A DNA stretch of 64,000 bases, from contig OZ244207.1 in the NCBI GenBank assembly GCA_965216875.1, positions 4,032,001-4,096,000 of the forward strand. Direction: 5' to 3'. Each line of letters starts with the position of its first letter. Position 1 is the stretch's first letter. Origin of the DNA: Rubripirellula sp. Lineage in GTDB: Bacteria; Planctomycetota; Planctomycetia; Pirellulales; Pirellulaceae. The notes under the pieces are model-generated. The model ran no database searches, was not told where the DNA came from, and worked only from the letters and a program-made list of their open reading frames with translations. Of this stretch, positions 1 through 7,973 are shown piece by piece. The position numbers and the translations under genes are program-made.

Positions 1-188
1 CGCTGCCAGGCGACTCCCTTTTCGGGCGACCACTTCGTGGGCAGATCACTTGCAGCAGTCGACGCGCCTCCGTTGCGGAAGCTCGTCCAACCATTTCCAG
101 CGTCAAGCCGCTCCGCAAACGTCCCGGTGGTCAACATCGCAAGCAACGGAACGATCGTGGTGAACTGTTTGATTGATGTGCCATTCAT
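1..188 (-). CDS. PQQ-binding-like beta-propeller (BamB-like) protein, N-terminal part; continues beyond the window
   Basis: Not in the ORF track. Manual translation from ATG 188: MNGTSIKQFTTIVPLLAMLTTGTFAERLDAGNGWTSFRNGGASTAASDLPTKWSPEKGVAWQ. This is a signal peptide plus the typical 'W..FR.G...LP..WS....V.W' start. ATGA overlap with the upstream stop (185-187). Confidence 0.75.
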   Translation of the reverse strand, partial: MNGTSIKQFTTIVPLLAMLTTGTFAERLDAGNGWTSFRNGGASTAASDLPTKWSPEKGVAWQ

Positions 189-649
189 CGCTTTACGTGA
201 CGCCTTGGGATTGGGAGTGGTGCAACGGCACCGTTGGGGATCTCGATTCGCTGACTTGGAGACGACTGAAGCGCGTTCAGTTGCGACGTTTCGGTAAGGC
301 TTTCGCATGCTGCAGCATCAAGCATCCAGCCGCCATCACCGAGTGACTCAAGCGTGACGAAGTACTTGTCGGGCTCTGGTGACGGTACATCAGGAAAGTA
401 AGCGTTGCCATTTTGCTGGCTTATCGCTTGAGCCAGGACGGGGCCACCGTGGTTCGCATGCAGCCGAACCTGAATGTCGCCGAGCGGTTTGCCCTGGTAC
501 ATCACGCGAACCGTGGGTGCGCCATCGACGTGCATCTGCGAACCGGATTGACCACAACCGATCGCGACCACGCAACTGCAAAACAGCACACAACTACCGA
601 ACCAGCGTTGGTGTCGCCTTGGTCGCGCCGTTTGCCTTATTCCGGCCAT
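185..649 (-). CDS. Small putative lipoprotein (DUF1559-associated, carboxypeptidase-regulatory-like fold)
   Basis: Lipobox-like 'VAIGCG', 'V.YQGKPL' motif; overlaps the DUF1559 gene directly upstream. Confidence 0.7.
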   Translation of the reverse strand: MAGIRQTARPRRHQRWFGSCVLFCSCVVAIGCGQSGSQMHVDGAPTVRVMYQGKPLGDIQVRLHANHGGPVLAQAISQQNGNAYFPDVPSPEPDKYFVTLESLGDGGWMLDAAACESLTETSQLNALQSSPSQRIEIPNGAVAPLPIPRRHVKR

Positions 650-1671
650 TCGATCGACTCCTTGCCGTTGCGAGTGAACAGGGCGTGGTACAGATCGCGA
701 TCAATGGAGTCGCTGATGAACTGAACGCTTCCGTCAAGCATGGCGTGATGGGCACCCCCGGTGTGATGCGACCGAGCCGCGTAGAAGCCTCGCCCGTGCA
801 AGCCGATGTCGGGGATGCGATAGTTTGGCGTCATGTAGCCGTTGATCACCGTTGCGTAAGGAACGCCGCGAATCCAAGACTGTCCGCGATTGCCGCGATA
901 GGATGTGATCTGCGAAGGAAAGACGTCGTCGAGGTTAGGGTTTTCGATCAACACACCGCCGTGCATGAATCCTGGCCCATTGGGATTGCCCCGCGAACCG
1001 CCCCAATTGGCAATGCGGCGATGCGGGCCGGTCGGCGACGGCTCCGAGCCATTGATCTGGTCGCCAAGCACCGTCTCGGCCAACAAGACCGTTTGGCTCG
1101 TTCCATCGAGACAGTGCTTGAACCCTGCCCACGAGTTGGTCCAAACCATCCCGTCGGTTTTGTAGCGATCGTCGTAGTTCGTCCCCGTCCCACTGCCGTA
1201 ACTGAACATGTAGTTCAATCCGGCGCTGAAACCTTCAGCTCCGTCGGAAAAGGTCGTCCCAAAATACTTTTCGCCCGGATCACTCGGACAGAGGTAGGTG
1301 GGAACAAGTGTCTCCACCGCTTCTCGTTGTTCGGGGTTGAATCGGGCCAACCATGGCGGCCCGGTCAGCAGTGGCTTTTCGAAGTCGATCAGTTCGCTCA
1401 GCCCCGCCTGTTCGATGTAGGGAAGGATGCGAGCCTGGACCGAGAAATCGCTCGAGCCTGTCATCGCCGGGATGACCTTGAAAGCGCTCTCGTAGTTGTG
1501 CGTAGCCAGCGCGACTTGCTTGAGGTTGTTGCTACAGGACATCCTTCTCGCCGCCTCGCGTGCCGCTTGAACCGACGGCAACAAGAGGCCGACCAAGATC
1601 GCGATGATCGCGATCACGACAAGGAGTTCGACGAGCGTGAAGCCGTCGCGTGCTGATTTGAATGAAAACAT
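637..1671 (-). CDS. DUF1559 domain protein with prepilin-type N-terminal methylation site
   Basis: GFTLVELLVVIAIIAILVGLLLPSVQAAREAARRMSCSNNLKQ; YLCPSD; C-terminal SHHTGGAHHAMLDGSVQF (H-X9-DG). Confidence 0.96.
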   Translation of the reverse strand: MFSFKSARDGFTLVELLVVIAIIAILVGLLLPSVQAAREAARRMSCSNNLKQVALATHNYESAFKVIPAMTGSSDFSVQARILPYIEQAGLSELIDFEKPLLTGPPWLARFNPEQREAVETLVPTYLCPSDPGEKYFGTTFSDGAEGFSAGLNYMFSYGSGTGTNYDDRYKTDGMVWTNSWAGFKHCLDGTSQTVLLAETVLGDQINGSEPSPTGPHRRIANWGGSRGNPNGPGFMHGGVLIENPNLDDVFPSQITSYRGNRGQSWIRGVPYATVINGYMTPNYRIPDIGLHGRGFYAARSHHTGGAHHAMLDGSVQFISDSIDRDLYHALFTRNGKESIEWPE

Positions 1672-1703
1672 CTGGGAGCCCGTACTTGTGAAACCGACTT
1701 ACC

Positions 1704-1769
1704 TGCAATTGTTGTGCAAGTAGAATGTCTCTACGCGAGGCCGTCAACCACAAATGCAATCGTTTTGCA
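1704..1769. promoter_or_regulatory. Two TGCA-N7-TGCA palindromes, candidate Fur-family operators
   Basis: TGCAATTGTTGTGCA (1704-1718) and TGCAATCGTTTTGCA (1755-1769) upstream of the DUF1559 start. Confidence 0.5.
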
Positions 1770-1931
1770 GAAACAAGGCAATTGATTTTACACTGGTACG
1801 CTGTGATCGCGTTAGAGGGCCGGACTATTCATTCCCCGTCGCAAGCTTGGAACAACCAGAACGGCCAACCTAACGCGCCACCTACTGGCAAAGTTGGGCC
1901 GATTCTTGTGAGCCGAACGCGATGAGATGAC

Positions 1932-1974
1932 TTGACTCGAAACCGCACAGTTCTAAACTTGCACAGTCTTGCAA
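1932..1974 (+). promoter_or_regulatory. Sigma70-like promoter of arsR-fur with adjacent palindrome
   Basis: TTGACT (1932-37), 16-nt spacer, TAAACT (1954-59), then TTGCA-CAGTCT-TGCAA (1959-1974). Confidence 0.5.
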
Positions 1975-1984
1975 CTGTAAAGCT

Positions 1985-2365
1985 ATGAAACAGATCTCTC
2001 ACCAGCCGACCGTTTCAGCGAGCGAAGAAGAATCGCCCTCCTGCTGTGCTGAAGATCACGAGCAACACCCGGTCGGAGTCAACGACGCAACTTGCCAGCG
2101 CGCGGCCGCGATTTTTCGCGCCCTGGGCGACCCTCAGCGTCTCAGACTCCTGATCATGCTCGAAGCGAGGTCCTGTTGCGTCACCGAACTTGCCGACGCA
2201 CTTGGGGAACCGATGCCTGCGATTTCGCAGCGTTTGCGAATCCTCAAGAGTGAGCGGATCGTCAGTTCGCGCCGCGATGGCAAACATGTGTTTTACAGTT
2301 TGGCCGATGGACACATTTCGCGATTGGTGACCAATGCCGTCATGCACGCGATGGAAGAAGACTGA
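1985..2365 (+). CDS. ArsR/SmtB family metal-responsive transcriptional repressor
   Basis: FRALGDPQRLRLL, CVTELA, AISQRLRILK, RRDGKHVFYSLADGHI; N-terminal CC/His arm. Confidence 0.93.
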   Translation: MKQISHQPTVSASEEESPSCCAEDHEQHPVGVNDATCQRAAAIFRALGDPQRLRLLIMLEARSCCVTELADALGEPMPAISQRLRILKSERIVSSRRDGKHVFYSLADGHISRLVTNAVMHAMEED

Positions 2366-2436
2366 CCCGAACGCCCCAACTACCACCTTCGCCTCGCTTG
2401 GTGGTTCCGCCCAGACCGTGACCCCGCCGACAAATC

Positions 2437-2868
2437 ATGAGCACCTCATCCAACAAGACGGACTCCATCAAGGATGACATTCGTTCGGCGGGCTTGCGGG
2501 CAACGCCGGCACGCGTGGCGACGCTTCAATTGCTGCGTGAAGCCAGCTCGCCAGTGACCCATGCGGAAGTCGCCGAACACCTTTCCGATCTTGGTGTCGA
2601 CAAGGCGACCGCATTTCGAAACCTCAACGACATGGCCGAAGCCGGGCTCGTGCGTCGTACGGAACTGGGCGATCACGTCTACCGCTTCGAAGAGATCGGC
2701 CCCGATGAAGAGGCGGCCGATGCACATCCACACTTCCTTTGCACGGAGTGCGGAACGGTTTCCTGTTTAGACAACGTCAAGTTGACAGCGGGAAGCCTGC
2801 GTGAAAGCAGCAAGGTTGGCGATGTCGCCGAAATTCTACTTCGCGGCCGATGCAACAACTGCAAGTAA
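2437..2868 (+). CDS. Fur family transcriptional regulator
   Basis: GLRATPARV, ATAFRNL, HPHFLCTECG, GRCNNC. Confidence 0.92.
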   Translation: MSTSSNKTDSIKDDIRSAGLRATPARVATLQLLREASSPVTHAEVAEHLSDLGVDKATAFRNLNDMAEAGLVRRTELGDHVYRFEEIGPDEEAADAHPHFLCTECGTVSCLDNVKLTAGSLRESSKVGDVAEILLRGRCNNCK

Positions 2869-2935
2869 GGCTCGCTGCACGCCGGCTCAGTTAGACAACA
2901 GCATTCTCTTTGGCACCCGCTATGCTGCAGTGCCG

Positions 2936-2984
2936 ACTAGCCGCCAGCTATGCGGCAGAGTTCACTAGCCGCCAACTACGCGGC
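2936..2984. repeat. 28-bp-period tandem duplication overlapping the ABC ATPase stop codon
   Basis: actagccgccagctatgcggc (2936-56) and actagccgccaactacgcggc (2964-84); each unit can form a GCCGC/GCGGC hairpin. Confidence 0.6.
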
Positions 2985-3668
2985 GCTGCTCATCTCTTGT
3001 GATGACGCTTCGACAGCATGACCATCAGCGATGTGAAAGACGCGGTGCGCGGTAGCCGAGACCGCCATGTCGTGCGTGACAAGGATGACCGTTTGCCCGT
3101 CATCACAAAGCTTGTGCAAGGTCTTCAGAACGAGGTCTCGGGACTCTGGATCAAGATTCCCCGTCGGTTCATCGGCCAAAATCAAACTCGGACGCATCGC
3201 GAGTGTTCTTGCCATTGCGACACGTTGTTGCTGGCCAGCGCTCAACTCGCTCGGCTTGTGATCGAGACGGTCGCCCAAACCAAAACGCTCAAGCAAGTCT
3301 TTCGCTTGGTTCTGTTGGCTCTCTTTCGCCGTGCCATAAAGCGACATCGGCAACTGAACGTTTTCGATAGCGCTGAGGTAGGGCACGAGATTGAAGCTCT
3401 GGAACAGAAATCCGATTCGCTCGTTTCGCAGACGGGCGCGCTGCTTGACGTTGATCTCGTAGAGGGATTCTCCGTCGATCACCACGCGTCCCGCCGTTGG
3501 CGAGAGCATCCCGCCAATCATCGACAAGAGCGTCGACTTGCCGCTGCCACTCGGACCGACGATCGCGATGAACTCGCCCGCTTCAACGTTCATCGAAGTC
3601 GGGTGCAGTGCGTGTACCGTACTGCGTCCGCGTGTGTAGTCTTTGCAAACGGAATCAGTCTGAATCAT
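2976..3668 (-). CDS. ABC transporter ATP-binding protein (LolD/MacB type)
   Basis: GPSGSGKST, LSAGQQQRV, LILADEPTGNLD, VTHD. Confidence 0.96.
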   Translation of the reverse strand: MIQTDSVCKDYTRGRSTVHALHPTSMNVEAGEFIAIVGPSGSGKSTLLSMIGGMLSPTAGRVVIDGESLYEINVKQRARLRNERIGFLFQSFNLVPYLSAIENVQLPMSLYGTAKESQQNQAKDLLERFGLGDRLDHKPSELSAGQQQRVAMARTLAMRPSLILADEPTGNLDPESRDLVLKTLHKLCDDGQTVILVTHDMAVSATAHRVFHIADGHAVEASSQEMSSAA

Positions 3669-3752
3669 GTCGTCGACTCGTTCTTTGTAGTGCGATTTCA
3701 GCCAGTTGCGGGCGATAGTGTGCTGCGAATGTCGTTGCAGCGATTGAAAGGA

Positions 3753-5003
3753 CTACGCCGTTTGGAAACAGACACAGGGGTCAAGGTGAGCCGCTTTGCG
3801 AGCAGGCGGGTAGCTCGCGACGACCGCTACGATGACGGCAACGATCAAACCGACCATCACCGCTTCGACCGAAACACTCGTGGCGACACCCAAAAGCTGT
3901 GGGCCAGCAATGATCGCCGCTGCCAGGCCGAGGCCCAGTCCGCAGAGTCCACCTACCGAACCGACCGCGAGCGCCTTGAGCAGAATCATGCGGCTGACCA
4001 TGCTTGGCGTCGCCCCCAGTGCCATCAGCGTCCCGAGTTCACGTTTGCGTTCGGAAACGTTGGCGAACATGACGCTCGCGATGCTCGCACCCCCGATCAC
4101 CATCAAGATGCCAAAGATCGCATAGGACAGTCGGTTCATGAGGCGGTTGACGGTCACTTGAGCTTGCACGATCTGCGAGATCGTGACAACGCGAGAATCG
4201 GGCAACAGCTCGCCCAATTCCCCGACCAAGCCAGTGGCCGCTTCTTCGCAGCAACCCATCACTTCGATCACGTTGACGATCGGCCCGGTGTCAGCAAGCT
4301 CTTGAACGCGATGCAGGTGGGCGAGTACGCGACCATCGTCGCTTGTTCCGGTTGCAGGCAGGATACCGGCAACACGAAAGGAATCGCCGAGTAGCTCGAT
4401 CGACTGTCCTTCTTTGATCCCCTGCGACTTGGCCAAGTCGGCACCGACCAGTGCCGAATCCATGTCCAGTTCATGAACGATTCGCGTGGCCGCATAGGAA
4501 CTCAGGTCCGTCTTTTCGTCCGACGCAATTTGACACGCTTTCCCACCACACCCTTCGTGCTTCTTGCCGACACCGTTCATTTCGAATCCGGCTGAGAGCA
4601 AATCGACACTCTGCCATGCCGATTTCTTGTAGAACTCGGTTCGCGGCAAGATGCCGGTCACGACAATCGCGTTGTCGCCAAGCTGGGCTGGAACGGAAAG
4701 CTTGGGGGCGAGTTCCTCGACTCCCACCTTTTGAGCCAACGTGATGCGCGTCACGTATTCCTCAGGCAGCGATTTCCCATGGGTGTCCGCGGCGTGATAA
4801 TCCTGCAGCGTCACGCCTTCGGGAAGAACAAGGATGTTGGCGCCAAGCTGCGCCATTTGCGACGCCACCTTCTGCTCGGACGAAGCCACAACGCTTTCAA
4901 CCGCGACGAGTGCCGAGACGCCGAGCGCGACGATCAGCAATGCGGTCAGGCTGTGCCCGGGTCGGCGCAACACTTCTTTCCAAACCAAAGAATGAAAGTT
5001 CAT
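3753..5003 (-). CDS. ABC transporter permease (MacB/FtsX family), Cys-rich
   Basis: One N-terminal TM, periplasmic domain, NVSERKRELGTLMALGA and three C-terminal TMs; Cys motifs CGGKAC, GCC, PCVC. Confidence 0.92.
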   Translation of the reverse strand: MNFHSLVWKEVLRRPGHSLTALLIVALGVSALVAVESVVASSEQKVASQMAQLGANILVLPEGVTLQDYHAADTHGKSLPEEYVTRITLAQKVGVEELAPKLSVPAQLGDNAIVVTGILPRTEFYKKSAWQSVDLLSAGFEMNGVGKKHEGCGGKACQIASDEKTDLSSYAATRIVHELDMDSALVGADLAKSQGIKEGQSIELLGDSFRVAGILPATGTSDDGRVLAHLHRVQELADTGPIVNVIEVMGCCEEAATGLVGELGELLPDSRVVTISQIVQAQVTVNRLMNRLSYAIFGILMVIGGASIASVMFANVSERKRELGTLMALGATPSMVSRMILLKALAVGSVGGLCGLGLGLAAAIIAGPQLLGVATSVSVEAVMVGLIVAVIVAVVASYPPARKAAHLDPCVCFQTA

Positions 5004-5057
5004 GGACGGTTCCTACGTCTCAAGCGGCTAGATGGCGAACAACGGCAGCGGCGGTGA

Positions 5058-5783
5058 TTACTTTTTCTTCTGGCACTTGCTGCAGTTGCATTTGCCTGAC
5101 TTGTGAAGTTGCGTCGCAAGTTCCTCACCGGTAACCGTTGCTTGGTAGGTTCCGAGATGGGTTCCTGGAGGTGCGAACATGAGAACGACGGGAGCGTCGA
5201 GCGTGGTGTCGACATGCATGCGACGAAAGAACTCGCCCTCTTCCGCATTGGTTGCTGACGCGTTGATGCTGTAGAGTTTGTTTTTGAACGCGGGATCTTT
5301 CAGCAGTGCGGTGACGCCAGCGGGCATTTGTGATTGCGATGCAGGCATCAAGCAGACGACCGCGATTTTTTGGCTCTGCAGAGCCTTCACCATTTCGGCG
5401 TACTTGGGCGTCAAGATGGCGTTGGTCAATTGTTGCTCGTCGACCTTTTGGCGGTAGACACCGGTCACGGCACCATTGGGAGCCACACCGAAGACGGCCG
5501 GTAGCGGAATGCGCGATGCGTCGAACCGCTTGATCAGTGCCGCCTCTTTGCGATCGCGAACGTTGACGGTTACCCAAGTCGTTTTTTCGGACGTTTCGGA
5601 AACGTGATCGCGAATCGTGCTCGCCATTTTCTGGGTCGCCGAGTCGTTCGAGCGGTAGAACATCACGTAGGTGTATTTGCCCTTCTCACTCGCTGCATCG
5701 ACCTGCTCTGCCGTCGTTGCGGCTCGGCCAAGCGATGGAAACAGGACGGCGGCGGCGAGAAACAAACCGAGTGGACAGCGCAT
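5058..5783 (-). CDS. Secreted protein, possible tandem thioredoxin-like folds, C-terminal CxCxxC tail
   Basis: Signal peptide from ATG 5783; 'KYTYVMFY', 'IPLPAVFGVAPNG', 'APVVLMFAPPG'; ends SGKCNCSKCQKKK; first gene of the ABC operon. Confidence 0.7.
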   Translation of the reverse strand: MRCPLGLFLAAAVLFPSLGRAATTAEQVDAASEKGKYTYVMFYRSNDSATQKMASTIRDHVSETSEKTTWVTVNVRDRKEAALIKRFDASRIPLPAVFGVAPNGAVTGVYRQKVDEQQLTNAILTPKYAEMVKALQSQKIAVVCLMPASQSQMPAGVTALLKDPAFKNKLYSINASATNAEEGEFFRRMHVDTTLDAPVVLMFAPPGTHLGTYQATVTGEELATQLHKSGKCNCSKCQKKK

Positions 5784-5959
5784 GGAGCACTCTCTAATTG
5801 GGTGGCGAAAGGAAAAACAGCACGGGCGGGATCGACCAACATTCCCGCTTGTGCTGATCGATCCAAAACTGACGAACAATCAAGTCAACGTCTCACGGCC
5901 GTCAAACCATCGCCAATCGGCATAAGTTCACATGGGTCGTCGATGCGCCGTTTGTACCC

Positions 5960-6273
5960 CCCTCGTTCCAACGCTCCGCGTGGGAACGCACTCTTCGGAC
6001 GCTCCGCGTCCACTTCACCTGAGCCGCTCGCGCTAGCGTCGGGCCCTTCGAGATATGCAGAACGCAATACGCGATCACCGCTCACCCATCTCCCACGCCT
6101 CACCTCAGTCGCTGAGCGATAGCGTGCGGTTTTCAAAACGGCAACCCGATGGGAAAACCGCACGCTATCGCGTTTCGGCTGACGCCGGCCGTGGAATTGA
6201 CGGTGCCTCGACGCTAGCGCGTTCGGCACGTGCCGTAGGCCGGATCAAGGAGCGACAGCGACGCGGATCCGGC
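5960..6273. repeat. Cluster of REP-like palindromic repeats
   Basis: ctcgttccaacgctccgcgtgggaacg; tgagccgctcgcgctagcgtcgggcc; gcgatagcgtgcggttttc...gaaaaccgcacgctatcgc; gtaggccggatcaaggagcgacagcgac (inverted copy near 25250-25289). Confidence 0.75.
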
Positions 6274-6282
6274 AAGCTCCAC

Positions 6283-7647
6283 TCACGCGATCGAAACGAC
6301 GGGTGGTTCTTTTTGCAAGGCATCCAGCGCGACCGGCAGGTACTCGGGGCTATCTTGAAGCAGCTGTTCCATGTGTGCCCGGGGATCATCGACCCAACGC
6401 GTGAACGCTTTGGCAAACAACTCAACGAATTCGTAATCACAGGCTTGCAGCGCGCGCAACAGATTGCGGTTGGCCAACTTGAGCGTCGCCTCAGGAACCG
6501 TTTCGAGTGTGCTGAGCGCGTAGACGCCAGCGAAGACGACATGACGTGCCGGACTTTCAAGCAGATGCGTGGCAACCTCAAGGGTGATGTCGTCCAGCTT
6601 TCCAAGTCGAGTCACCGTGCACATGGCCTTGGCACGGACTTCGTCATCACGGTGGTCCGACGATAGCTTGAGCTCTGCGACAATCGCTTCGCTTGCCACT
6701 TCTGGACATTGGCCTGACATTCTTTCAACCGCTTCGATCGCGTTCAACCGGATCGCTCGATTGGGTGATCGCAGTTTCTCGAGCACCAACGTCTCGTGCC
6801 GGTCGCTCAGTTTTGAACTCGATGACACGTGACGAAGGGCAATGACCTGCGAAGAAACGAACGGACTCGCAGCGAGCTCCCACCACTGAGGTTCCGACTG
6901 GTTGCACAGGCTCTGCTTCTTCGCCGGCTGGTAAAACGAGTCGTTGGTTTTGAGCAAGTATTTCAGCGAGCCTTGCATTGGTCGTTTCAGTTCGCCAAGC
7001 AGGTCGCTCGCCCAGTCCGGTTTGTTCGCTTCACGTGTCCATCCAGCAAGGGCGACTGCGTATGCCAGGCTCTGCGTATCGAGGAAGGGACGTGGCGCAA
7101 TGTTCCACTGGGTCGAGTCCCAAAACGTTGCAGCTTTTCCGACCAGCAAGACGCTGCTGCGCGGCATCCCCAATCCCGTCGCGATCACTGCCAGCTCGAC
7201 GACTTCGGGCAAGCGTGCTTCGGCGAGATCATTTTGGTGCAGCATGTCCTCGACAACGCCATGGATGAGTGTTGCCATCCCGAGCGCTGGCTCGCTGTCC
7301 AATTCTTCCGTCAATCGGATCGATCGTGTGCTTGGATCATATTGTCCCAACAGACCGCTGGGACCTTCGCATGAGCCGCCGCCTCATCCACCGCCGCCAC
7401 AACTGGCAGCTTTGGGTGAATGAACGACTTCGAATTGGACGCCCGAAGTGTCGTGGCGAAGATGGTCACCCAGGAAGCGAATGATGTCTGCCGGCGATTT
7501 TGAATCGACCCTCTCGACCAGCGACGAGAGACGCAAGATCGGCAGCTTCATACGTTCGAGCCCAATGCATTCGGCGATCTGCTGGAAATGGAACTCAATT
7601 CGCGCCTTCTCGGAGTCTGGCAAATTCGGCTTCGGCTTAAAAAACAC
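6283..7647 (-). CDS. Candidate selenoprotein (in-frame UGA at 7384-7386) with C-terminal HEAT repeats; alternatively a nonsense-disrupted gene
   Basis: ORFs 7384..7704 and 6283..7350 share one frame, interrupted only by TGA: AASCGGGG*GGGSCEGPSGLLGQY. GTG start at 7647 with AGGAAG upstream. SECIS-like hairpin downstream; HEAT-like repeats (LRSPNRAIRLNAIEAV, DHRDDEVRAKAMCTVTRLG). Confidence 0.65.
7337..7374 (-). promoter_or_regulatory. Putative bacterial SECIS element
   Basis: mRNA: UGA-GGCGGCGGC-UCAUG-CGAAG-GUCCCAGC-GGUCU-GUUGGGAC-AA-UAUGA; 8-bp upper stem, G-initiated apical loop 27 nt after the UGA, 5-bp lower stem. Confidence 0.6.
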
Positions 7648-7973
7648 AGCTATCTTCCTGCAAATTGGGGCCCGGACGATTGCGGCCGGAGAATTAGGGA
7701 ACAATTGGGGCCTGCTGGCGTGACGGTACAGGATGTTGCTCGTGAAAGCACTCCCGATTCTTGGTGCGGCAGCCCTTGGCTATTCGCTCGGGACTGCGGG
7801 ACTCGAATGCTTGTATTTGCAGGATCCTGTCCGCAGGCAGCAACCCTGATTCATTTCCGCTTGGGTGCGAGAAGCGACCGGGGCGGACAAGCATCCATCC
7901 GCGACGCTGGATAGGCTGCAAGGGCTGATATGATATCTGTCTTTGCCGTTACCACATTTGAAGGTCGACGCCT

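Noticed and set aside
379..1656. Long + strand ORF (425 aa), and similar ones at 3018-4394, 15391-16794, 35555-36724, 46119-47144, 51767-52627, 53456-54463
   Set aside because: Antisense shadows of well-supported genes in GC-rich DNA; no recognisable motifs.
2363..2439. Read-through fusion of ArsR and Fur via the ArsR TGA
   Set aside because: Fur is in a different frame, and the read-through frame stops again at 2438-2440.
5960..6273. Repeat clusters as CRISPR arrays
   Set aside because: No regularly spaced identical direct repeats with unique spacers, and no cas genes.
7384..7647. Upstream half as a stand-alone ThiS/MoaD-like sulfur carrier ending in GG
   Set aside because: It ends CGGGG but shows no beta-grasp-like sequence I can recognise and has no E1-like neighbour. 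The frame continues past the TGA with matching Gly/Cys sequence. Less likely than read-through, though not strictly excluded.
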